Positions 7,411-14,265 of a stretch of DNA of 32,000 bases are shown here, one piece after another. Source of the stretch: a virus; IMG/VR virus record IMGVR_UViG_3300035670_013237, positions 60,001 to 92,000 of that record; one strand, written 5' to 3'. Each line of letters opens with the position of its first letter. Position 1 is the first letter of the stretch. Below the pieces are notes generated by a model. It had not been told where the DNA came from, did not search any database, and saw only the letters and a program-made list of their open reading frames with translations. A program made the translations under genes and the position numbers.

Positions 7411-8389
7411 GCTGCTCCGTGAATATGTGAGGTCAGTCCTCAAAGAAGATGATGGAGGGGCGATTGGATACTCTGATCTCGCCATGATGTCAGGACCTGG
7501 AGGCGCAGGCCACGGAATGGAATCACAATTCTGGAGTCTCTTCACAACTTCATTCGGCGATGTCCTGAAGACCGCAGCAGCCGAGTTTAAGAAGCTGGGT
7601 GTTCGCGCAATGACTGCGGTCAAAGTGGGTGTGGAGAGTGTAAAGACCACCGTGCTGCCATGGTTAATGCCCAGGTTCGACAAAATTTTTCAAGAACAAA
7701 AAAGCAAGATTGACTCAATCAATCAAGAATACGCCGATGTGTATAAAAGAACTCAGGATGCGCTGGGGACCAACACAATCGGTGCGCTGTCTCTCATCAT
7801 GTTTCCTGAGGGATACATCACAAAAAAATTCATAGAAAAAGCGCCCCGCGCGGCATATGAGACGCTCAACGCGGCTCTAGGCGGTGAATTGAAGAGTGCT
7901 GTGGGCAAGCTCACTGGGGGTGGCGAAAGCAAAAAAGAATCTCTGGGCAGGCGAGGCCGCCTCCTTAATGAGGATAGCACTTCTGAGCTCTCTGACGAAC
8001 AGTTGCGTGACATGCTCTTAAAAAATTATGATAAACTGATGAGCAAGGCCAAGGAGAGCAAAGCTAAGAAAGAGATTGAGAGTGTTTATAGGTCTGCACT
8101 TGACCAAATCAAGAAAATTGTCGAAGGGTCAAATGAACTCGTGGCGAAGAAAGTCGAAGAGGCTCTAAAAAATCCAGATGATAAGATGAAAGCTGCGCTG
8201 GCGGGAGCGAAGTCTGACAAAGAGAGACAGAGCATCACCAAGTCCTTCCAGGCAATGTCCATCGCAGGCATTAAGAAAGAAACCAAGAAGATCATCGAGG
8301 CTAAAGGCAGCGAGCTCTTCGCACAGCTGCCCAAAGGTCATCCACTTCGACAAGAATTCGACAAAATCCTGCAGAGTCTCGGCGGTTGA
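7388..8389 (+). CDS. hypothetical K/E-rich helical protein, loose leader-family member
   Basis: 333-aa ORF; the N-terminus MKKSKEAELLREYVRSVLKEDDGG resembles the shared leader. TGATATTTA lies 6 nt upstream of the ATG. Confidence 0.65.
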   Translation: MKKSKEAELLREYVRSVLKEDDGGAIGYSDLAMMSGPGGAGHGMESQFWSLFTTSFGDVLKTAAAEFKKLGVRAMTAVKVGVESVKTTVLPWLMPRFDKIFQEQKSKIDSINQEYADVYKRTQDALGTNTIGALSLIMFPEGYITKKFIEKAPRAAYETLNAALGGELKSAVGKLTGGGESKKESLGRRGRLLNEDSTSELSDEQLRDMLLKNYDKLMSKAKESKAKKEIESVYRSALDQIKKIVEGSNELVAKKVEEALKNPDDKMKAALAGAKSDKERQSITKSFQAMSIAGIKKETKKIIEAKGSELFAQLPKGHPLRQEFDKILQSLGG

Positions 8390-8414
8390 ACATTCACAAA
8401 ATTCAAGTTAGTGT
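8386..8414 (+). promoter_or_regulatory. sigma70-like promoter TTGAAC-N17-TAGTGT, 6 nt before ATG 8421
   Basis: Same layout and the same TTGAACATT opening as the promoter upstream of groEL; no SD. Confidence 0.4.
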
Positions 8415-8420
8415 TAGAGC

Positions 8421-8714
8421 ATGGGAAAGCGAAAGAAGACTTCACCGAAGCAGTACAATGTTGCGATCATGCAGCCCAATGAGATCAACCAGCTGCGAGC
8501 TCTTGTCAAGGAGTTTGTGGGTAAGATCGAGGCTGTCGACAATGAGATCGAGATGCTCAAGGAAGACCGAAAAGAAATAATTGAAGAATACACTGAAAAG
8601 CTTGACTATAAGACCCTCCAGGCCGCGTTGAAAGTCGTAAAGATCCAAGAGAGTGTAGAGCACAAGGATACTTTTGATTTGTTCATGGAAGCATTGTCAG
8701 AGTCTACTCCGTGA
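8421..8714 (+). CDS. GapR/DUF2312-like small DNA-binding protein
   Basis: QLRALVKEFVGKIEAVDNEIEMLKEDRKEIIEEYTEKLDYKTLQAALKVVKIQ...FDLFMEAL parallels the GapR pattern QLKSIIDRVERLE.EK..I...IKEVYAEAK..GFDVKVL..VV..RK......ILDLYL.A. Confidence 0.45.
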   Translation: MGKRKKTSPKQYNVAIMQPNEINQLRALVKEFVGKIEAVDNEIEMLKEDRKEIIEEYTEKLDYKTLQAALKVVKIQESVEHKDTFDLFMEALSESTP

Positions 8715-8717
8715 TGT

Positions 8718-9122
8718 ATGATTTCTCGCATGGACAAGCCCAACATCAAACGCCGTAAAACATACCAGCTGCGCCTCACAAGATTTGAAATCCTTCATCT
8801 TCGAGATTTAATGAGTGTCTGTCTCCCACCAGAAGGAAAACAGACACTCAGTGGTGCCCTGGCGACATTGGAAAATAGACAGCTGATCGAATCACTGCTG
8901 TGGAAAAAAGTTTCAGCTGCCTGTGCTGAAGCTCAGCTCCCAACAGGCGAAGATGCGCCCGACTATGTGATTGCTCCCACAGGAATCACACCCTTGGGGG
9001 TGTTCCAGCTGGCTAGCGATCCAAATGGGCCTGAACAAGACGATGACGATGGTGATGAGGAAGATGTTAGTGATGAAGAGAGCGTTCTAGCTTCTCTTTT
9101 TAAGGGAAAAAACAAAAAATGA
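8718..9122 (+). CDS. hypothetical protein with acidic C-terminal tail
   Basis: 134-aa ORF with an EQDDDDGDEEDVSDEE tract. Confidence 0.5.
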   Translation: MISRMDKPNIKRRKTYQLRLTRFEILHLRDLMSVCLPPEGKQTLSGALATLENRQLIESLLWKKVSAACAEAQLPTGEDAPDYVIAPTGITPLGVFQLASDPNGPEQDDDDGDEEDVSDEESVLASLFKGKNKK

Positions 9123-9571
9123 ACCTTCAAGTTGGACAAGTGCTTTATGTCGTGCTGAACAAGCAAACCGCTGTTTATCCGATGCAGGTGGTCGAAGAGA
9201 TCACAAAGAAGACACTGGATGGTGTCGTGGTAGACTATATCATCCGTGGCGGCGGGCCTGATTCCAAGACTCCTTCGATACGCCTAGGTGACATTGACGG
9301 TGAGGTGTTCGAGACATGGGAGCTTGCACGAAAGACCCTCACAGGCCGTGTCGTCGACATGATAGAAAAGAGGATCTCTGCGGCGGTTGCCAAAGCAAAA
9401 GAGTGGTATCCCACAGCATTTAGTGCGGCACAACCCCAACCTCCAACTTTAAAAGCCCGCCGCATGCAGAGTGACGATGAGACACCCCTGCCTGATGAGC
9501 CTGAAGCCCTCGTGGACTTAGGGAATGGTATGAAGGCACGCCTCAAGCTGCCTGAAAACTTCATGGAGTGA
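9119..9571 (+). CDS. hypothetical protein (N-terminal SH3-like VGQVLYVV segment)
   Basis: ATGA overlap with the upstream gene; 150-aa ORF. Confidence 0.55.
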   Translation: MNLQVGQVLYVVLNKQTAVYPMQVVEEITKKTLDGVVVDYIIRGGGPDSKTPSIRLGDIDGEVFETWELARKTLTGRVVDMIEKRISAAVAKAKEWYPTAFSAAQPQPPTLKARRMQSDDETPLPDEPEALVDLGNGMKARLKLPENFME

Positions 9572-9587
9572 AATTTTCGTTGTGCTG

Positions 9588-9616
9588 TGCAAAGTTCTCG
9601 TGCGCTGTGTTATCAT
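9588..9616 (+). promoter_or_regulatory. sigma70-like promoter TGCAAA-N17-(TGt)TATCAT, 6 nt before ATG 9623
   Basis: Exact 17-nt spacer and an extended -10 TG; no SD. It lies inside the GTG-9587 extension of the ORF track, which argues for the ATG 9623 start. Confidence 0.5.
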
Positions 9617-9622
9617 TGCTTC

Positions 9623-10201
9623 ATGGAACTTCAACAGGCACAAGAGATAGCACAGCGAATCAGGTCTCAAGTCGAGCGCTCAGCCTCACGTGTTGAAATC
9701 GCAGGCTCAATTCGACGCTTGAAACCCAACGTCAAAGATGTCGAGATCGTTGCAATAGTCCACGATTACGACACACTCTACCGTGAGCTCCGCCACCATG
9801 GCCGCTTCATCAAACCCAGTGTACCTGATATTATTGACTGGAGCTTCAAGCCCGGCGCGAAGTATGTCCGCATGCTCTTGCACGAAGGTGTAAAGCTTGA
9901 CCTCTTCGTGGCTTCTCCTGACAATTGGGGGCCCTTGTACATGATGCGCACTGGAGGCGCCACTGGTCCAGATGGAAATTCATTCAATGGGTTTGTGCCG
10001 GGAATGTTTGCACGTTGGAAGAAACTATCTGGGGGTGGGATGATGACTGGTTGCATGCCCACCACTAAGGATGGCATACAGCTCGCTTGTCCTGAAGAAC
10101 AGGACTTCTTCAATCTTCTTGGAATGGATTTTGTGCCGCCAGAAGAACGGATCGACCGGAAGGTCATCAAAAAGTACATTCGCGGTCCTGTTCATAATTG
10201 A
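9623..10201 (+). CDS. minimal family-X (pol beta-like) DNA polymerase/nucleotidyltransferase
   Basis: AGSIRRLKPNVKDVEIVA matches the GS.RR....DvD.l motif and VKLDLFV carries the third acidic residue. The C-terminal CPEEQDFFNLLGMDFVPPEER matches the pol X thumb end. Size and layout resemble the 174-aa ASFV Pol X. Confidence 0.7.
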   Translation: MELQQAQEIAQRIRSQVERSASRVEIAGSIRRLKPNVKDVEIVAIVHDYDTLYRELRHHGRFIKPSVPDIIDWSFKPGAKYVRMLLHEGVKLDLFVASPDNWGPLYMMRTGGATGPDGNSFNGFVPGMFARWKKLSGGGMMTGCMPTTKDGIQLACPEEQDFFNLLGMDFVPPEERIDRKVIKKYIRGPVHN

Positions 10202-10233
10202 TACACGATATTTACTCACTGGAGAGTAGGAAC

Positions 10234-10884
10234 ATGAGAATTACACTTAAACAACTTCGTAAAGTCATCAAAGAGGAGATTCAGCGACTCACAGAGTCGA
10301 CCGGCGGCGACTCGATCGCTTCTTGGAAAGCCAATGCGAAAGCATCGCTCCAGTCAGGCGCCGACGAGGCAGACATTGCTCAGGAGTGGGACGACCTCAT
10401 CACAAAAGCAAATGACCTGGTTGATGTTGCCTTTGCCTATGACGATGAAGCGTTCTCGACCTCACTCACGCAAGCGGAGTTTTTCGCCTTCTTGGTCAAA
10501 AACAAGGATCTTGATGATAAATTTAGGGAATATCCAGGTGTAGTACAGGAAATTGCGCAGCTGATACTTCGTGGAGAGGAGTACCAGCAGTACGGAGAGT
10601 TCATGGTGAAGGATCTGCACAGGGAGATCGATGCCCATGCCGCGGCGGGACAGAATGTCAAGGCTAGAAACGCTCGCTTGAGTGCCTTCCTCGAGAAGCA
10701 CGGCGTGGCTGATTCTGGCGTCGACACCACTTACGCCGATAGGGTCACACCCCGTGAGGGTGGTGCCATGATTGCACACAGCAGGATGGTTCAAAATGTG
10801 CAGCGCTACCTTGACTCGGGCGATGAGAAGGGTGCTGAGGACTACATCAACAAGATCTATAATCGCGCCCGCGGCTATCGTTGA
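10234..10884 (+). CDS. hypothetical protein, strict member of the N-terminal leader family
   Basis: GGAGAG SD before ATG 10234; starts MRITLKQLRKVIKEEIQRL. Confidence 0.65.
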   Translation: MRITLKQLRKVIKEEIQRLTESTGGDSIASWKANAKASLQSGADEADIAQEWDDLITKANDLVDVAFAYDDEAFSTSLTQAEFFAFLVKNKDLDDKFREYPGVVQEIAQLILRGEEYQQYGEFMVKDLHREIDAHAAAGQNVKARNARLSAFLEKHGVADSGVDTTYADRVTPREGGAMIAHSRMVQNVQRYLDSGDEKGAEDYINKIYNRARGYR

Positions 10885-10927
10885 AATTTTTAGTGATACA
10901 CCCGATAGGATAAGTGTTATTCATAAC

Positions 10928-11203
10928 ATGATGAACAATGAAATAAATTCTCTTGGGAACGAGGCGCAGGTGCAACCTGCGCCATATTATGTAACTAATG
11001 ATCCTCATGAGCTTCTTAGGTCGAAGAGCAAGATCCTGCTCGAGGCCATGTATGATGAGATGATCTTATGGAATATGAGACAAGAAGAGATGCCCTTGTA
11101 CCAGTACTTGGGACTTTCACCCCAAGACTACCTTCATTTCATGCGCGATCCTGAGGGTTGGGCATTCGAGTACATGGCACGAAGATTGCAAACACGGTTC
11201 TGA
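10928..11203 (+). CDS. hypothetical protein
   Basis: First ATG downstream of the previous stop (MMNNEINSLGNE...). The upstream extension in the ORF track overlaps the previous gene by 112 nt. Confidence 0.5.
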   Translation: MMNNEINSLGNEAQVQPAPYYVTNDPHELLRSKSKILLEAMYDEMILWNMRQEEMPLYQYLGLSPQDYLHFMRDPEGWAFEYMARRLQTRF

Positions 11204-11223
11204 GAGCATCTTAGAATAATTTG

Positions 11224-11257
11224 AAAAATGCCGCTTGGGAAACCAACGGCATTTTTT
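11224..11257 (+). terminator. rho-independent terminator
   Basis: AAAAATGCCGcTTGG-GAAA-CCAACGGCATTTTTT forms a 10-bp stem with one bulge and a GAAA tetraloop, followed by a T6 run. Confidence 0.8.
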
Positions 11258-11259
11258 AG

Positions 11260-11288
11260 TGCAAATTTCTGGCAACGTGTGGTAAGGT
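11260..11288 (+). promoter_or_regulatory. sigma70-like promoter TGCAAA-N17-(TGg)TAAGGT, 7 nt before ATG 11296
   Basis: Sits directly after the terminator; extended -10 TG present; no SD. Confidence 0.45.
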
Positions 11289-11295
11289 TCGAAAC

Positions 11296-12120
11296 ATGGC
11301 AATACTCTGTATCGATGCAATGAATTTTCTTCACAGGGCTCGGTCAGGCTGGCAGCTTGGTCCTGCGCCTGTCATCTTCAACTTCATGCGCAACTTTCGC
11401 GCAGTGGTTGAGCAGTTCAAGCCCAGCCGGGTATACTTCGTCCTAGAAGGCCGTGCACAACAGCGCCGTGACCTGCTACCTGAGTACAAGGCGAATAGGT
11501 CTGTTGAGGCTGGCTCTAAAGAAGCTGGAGAGCTCGAAAAGTTCTTTGCGCAAGTTAAAGAAATCGTCGGTCTCCTCGAGACCACATTCCCGGTGTCCGT
11601 GGTTCGCCATCCCCGCCATGAATGTGATGACACGATCTACAACTTGGTGAAACGTGGGACCCCTGCGGCGGAGTGGATCGTGGTGTCCAACGACTCAGAT
11701 TTCACGCAGCTCCTCAATGAGTTTTCCCATGTGAAGCTCTGGAACCCCATGAAGAAGGGGTATGTGCCTAAGCCTGACTATGATTACGTTACTTGGAAGT
11801 CGCTGCGCGGGGACGGTTCGGACAATATCCCAGGCATTCCCGGAATCGGTGACCGGACAGCTGAGAATATTGTGGAAGATCCTGATAGGCTGGCGGAGCT
11901 GCTCTCTGACCCAGAGAAGGGTGCCATCTTTGCGAGGAATTACGAGCTCATCAAGTTCATTGAGTGGGACGACAGCACAGCAGCTGAGATGACATGCTCA
12001 CACCCTCAAAAGAATTGGGAGCCCCTGCGCGAGTCTTTTGAGAAGTATTCCTTCAAGTCCCTCTTGAAGGAAGACGCTTGGAAGAAATTTGTGGACACCT
12101 TTGAATCCCTGTGGGGGTAA
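11296..12120 (+). CDS. 5'-3' exonuclease / flap endonuclease (PIN-like + H3TH)
   Basis: ILCIDAMNFLHRA, EYKANR, ECDDTIY, VVSNDSDFTQLL and WKSLRGDGSDNIPGIPGIGDRTAENI are the standard 5'-nuclease motifs. Confidence 0.85.
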   Translation: MAILCIDAMNFLHRARSGWQLGPAPVIFNFMRNFRAVVEQFKPSRVYFVLEGRAQQRRDLLPEYKANRSVEAGSKEAGELEKFFAQVKEIVGLLETTFPVSVVRHPRHECDDTIYNLVKRGTPAAEWIVVSNDSDFTQLLNEFSHVKLWNPMKKGYVPKPDYDYVTWKSLRGDGSDNIPGIPGIGDRTAENIVEDPDRLAELLSDPEKGAIFARNYELIKFIEWDDSTAAEMTCSHPQKNWEPLRESFEKYSFKSLLKEDAWKKFVDTFESLWG

Positions 12121-12136
12121 GCAGATAATTATCTGC

Positions 12137-12574
12137 ATGTGGAAAAAGATTTTTGGTTATGCTTGGGCAGCGCCTGTCACCGCAATCGGTCTTCTATATG
12201 CAACAGCCTGCTGGGCGCTAGGGTGGTATAAGTGGGAAGGAATCCATGGTGACGGACTGGTTTGGAGCGTCAGCACGGAGAAGAGCCCTGGATGGTTATT
12301 GAAATTGTGGATGAACTGGAATGGGCACGCGATCGGGAATGCCGTCGTCCTGCGGCACACTCCTGAGGAAATTCCTGTCACTCTGGTTCACGAACTGAAG
12401 CATGTCGACCAAGTGATGCGGTTAGGCATTTTTCATCCGGTCATTTATGGTCTAAACATGGCAGCCATCAAGCTTGGCTGTCCTGGAAGCCATCCATATT
12501 ATGATAACATCTTTGAGATCGACGCTCGGCGTCACGCGGGCCAACCTGTAGATGTGACCCAGAGGAAGTCATAA
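12137..12574 (+). CDS. putative membrane-associated Zn-metallopeptidase-like protein (HExxH)
   Basis: Hydrophobic N-terminal segment AWAAPVTAIGLLYATACWALGW and an HELKH motif in VTLVHELKHVDQV. The family is not recognised. Confidence 0.4.
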   Translation: MWKKIFGYAWAAPVTAIGLLYATACWALGWYKWEGIHGDGLVWSVSTEKSPGWLLKLWMNWNGHAIGNAVVLRHTPEEIPVTLVHELKHVDQVMRLGIFHPVIYGLNMAAIKLGCPGSHPYYDNIFEIDARRHAGQPVDVTQRKS

Positions 12575-12769
12575 GTGTCGAGCGATTTGCTGCGCCAGTA
12601 TGTCTTAGAAGTGCTGACAGGTTTCAAGGCCCTTAGCGCGGTTGGGCCTGATCGTGCGCAGGGCAACCTACGCCAGGGAGATTTCACGCTCTCTCCAAAG
12701 AACAAAGGCGTCCTGGATGACCTCGAGGACGCAGAATCTTGGGAAGAAGATGAGCCCATGAGGGTGTAA
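12575..12769 (+). CDS. small hypothetical protein, loose leader-family member
   Basis: GTG start directly after the upstream TAA; N-terminus SSDLLRQYVLEVL. Confidence 0.4.
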   Translation: MSSDLLRQYVLEVLTGFKALSAVGPDRAQGNLRQGDFTLSPKNKGVLDDLEDAESWEEDEPMRV

Positions 12770-12793
12770 ATTTGCCCGCTGTTGAATTAAATT
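12765..12793 (+). promoter_or_regulatory. sigma70-like promoter TGTAAA-N17-TAAATT, 6 nt before ATG 12800
   Basis: Exact 17-nt spacer; no SD; start context GCATG as at the other sites. Confidence 0.45.
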
Positions 12794-12799
12794 CGTTGC

Positions 12800-13030
12800 A
12801 TGGCACTATCAAAAGATAATGTGATAATCATCAGGGCTGCAGCGAAGGAGGCAGGTGACCACCTGAAGGGCAGGCTCCCTCCTTGCAAATTCCTGAAAGA
12901 GCGCAACTCGTATGCCCACATCTGGGAGCGCCTCAAGGCCCGCCTTGGTAGATCATACAAGGATTGTGATGATGCACAGGTAGGCGAGATTTTGCGCCTC
13001 ATAGAGTGGTACCGCAATAACCCATGCTGA
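12800..13030 (+). CDS. hypothetical protein
   Basis: 76-aa ORF downstream of the promoter; the antisense ORF 12787-13017 was judged a shadow. Confidence 0.5.
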   Translation: MALSKDNVIIIRAAAKEAGDHLKGRLPPCKFLKERNSYAHIWERLKARLGRSYKDCDDAQVGEILRLIEWYRNNPC

Positions 13031-13515
13031 GAATCCCACCCAGGTCACCATTTGGACTCCTACAAGAAGATTTGTGGCCCAATGAATGGGCTATTCTTGT
13101 GGGCTGCATCATGCTCAACTGCACGACACGACGACAAGTCGATAGGGTATTACCCACCTTCCTAAGAAGGTGGCCCAGTGCCCCCGCGCTCCTGGCTGCG
13201 GATAAAGCTGACCTAGTCAACGCAATTCGTTCTCTAGGCTTCGCGAACCGCCGCACGGAGATATTGCTGAAAATGTCGTCTGCGTACCTGAAGCCTGGAT
13301 GGAGGCATGCCCATGAGCTACCTGGGGTCGGGGTGTACGCCGCCCGAGCGTGGGAAATATTTTGTTGTGGTGTGATTGGTGACGACCCACCTGTAGACCA
13401 CGCCCTCGTGCAGTATTATCACTGGAGGAAGCAGAATGAAAAAAACACCGGACAAGAAGAAAGTCAACGTTCCGAAGCCGAAGAAGATGAGGCTCAACAT
13501 CAGCAAGTTTCCTGA
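13024..13515 (+). CDS. HhH-GPD superfamily DNA glycosylase, MBD4 glycosylase-domain-like
   Basis: WAILVGCIMLNCTTRRQV...WPSAPALLAADKADLVNAIRSLGFANRRTEILLKMS..YL....ELPGVGVYAARAWEIFC......VDHALVQYYHW parallels the MBD4 catalytic domain as I remember it, including the Asp before H.L..Y..W. Confidence 0.7.
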   Translation: MLRIPPRSPFGLLQEDLWPNEWAILVGCIMLNCTTRRQVDRVLPTFLRRWPSAPALLAADKADLVNAIRSLGFANRRTEILLKMSSAYLKPGWRHAHELPGVGVYAARAWEIFCCGVIGDDPPVDHALVQYYHWRKQNEKNTGQEESQRSEAEEDEAQHQQVS

Positions 13516-13732
13516 TGCCATCGTAGACGGACACCTCGTGGCCCCCGTGGGAGATAGAATAATCGTCGCAAATGACGTGGATGGCAAGCAGGTCCTTTGT
13601 AGCTATGTGATCAAGAGCCTCAGAGAAGATGGTCTTGTGTCAGCTTGGGATGAAACTACTGTGAGGTGGAGGAGCTTCAAGTTGACAGACCCCATCATCG
13701 CGAAGATCGTGCCCAATGGAGAAAACCTATGA
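13436..13732 (+). CDS. hypothetical protein (Lys-rich N-terminus, SH3-like PVGDRIIV core)
   Basis: Strong GGAGGA SD 6 nt before ATG 13436; overlaps the glycosylase 3' end by 80 nt. Confidence 0.55.
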   Translation: MKKTPDKKKVNVPKPKKMRLNISKFPDAIVDGHLVAPVGDRIIVANDVDGKQVLCSYVIKSLREDGLVSAWDETTVRWRSFKLTDPIIAKIVPNGENL

Positions 13733-13968
13733 GCCAAAATGATGAAGTGCTGATTCTACCCGCGACCGCGGATAATCCCCATGCACGCCGGGTGGACCTG
13801 AGCATGCAGGTGACGACGTTGAAGCGTGACACTGACGGCCAGCTCTTTTCTTTCAAGTTCGCACGTTTCGTTCGCGACGATGGCATCGAAGTGGTGTTCC
13901 CTTGGGAGCAGCTCAAAGAAATTGTGCTAGAGTGGATTGAGGTGGAGAAGGAGGGCACAAATGAATGA
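13729..13968 (+). CDS. hypothetical protein
   Basis: ATGA overlap with the upstream stop and a GGAGAAAA SD; 79 aa. Confidence 0.5.
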   Translation: MSQNDEVLILPATADNPHARRVDLSMQVTTLKRDTDGQLFSFKFARFVRDDGIEVVFPWEQLKEIVLEWIEVEKEGTNE

Positions 13969-14263
13969 AGAGTCCGCGTTCAATCAGGGTTATCATTTAG
14001 GTCTTGATCCTAATAACCATGACACCGACATAGGGGACCTGTTCGACTCTTGGGTGGGAAATTCAGCCGAAATTCCCCCATATAAAGAATTTCAGGCAGG
14101 CTTCTTGATGGGGCACCACGACTATTGCTCCCGCCAGCTCACTTCCTTATGTTGGGAAATGCTCAGTGTGCTGCAGAAGCTATATGACAGTGGACGTGAC
14201 GCCGAGCACCTGTCCAAGGTTTATGACATTGCTTCGGAAATTGAGTCTGTTCTGAGCGAATAA
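13961..14263 (+). CDS. hypothetical protein
   Basis: ATG 13961 overlaps the upstream stop (ATGAATGA); 100 aa. Confidence 0.5.
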   Translation: MNEESAFNQGYHLGLDPNNHDTDIGDLFDSWVGNSAEIPPYKEFQAGFLMGHHDYCSRQLTSLCWEMLSVLQKLYDSGRDAEHLSKVYDIASEIESVLSE

Positions 14264-14265
14264 TT

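Noticed and set aside
9587-9622. GTG 9587 start for the pol X gene (and ATG 6691 for the NUDIX gene)
   Set aside because: These upstream starts lie inside well-formed -35/-10 promoter elements. The downstream ATGs (9623, 6706) give sensible N-termini.
13436-13732. PVGDRIIV segment resembling the GroES PLGDRVLV strand
   Set aside because: The similarity is limited to one strand. The rest (Lys-rich N-terminus, no mobile loop, 98 aa with different spacing) fits the SH3-like miniprotein pattern better.
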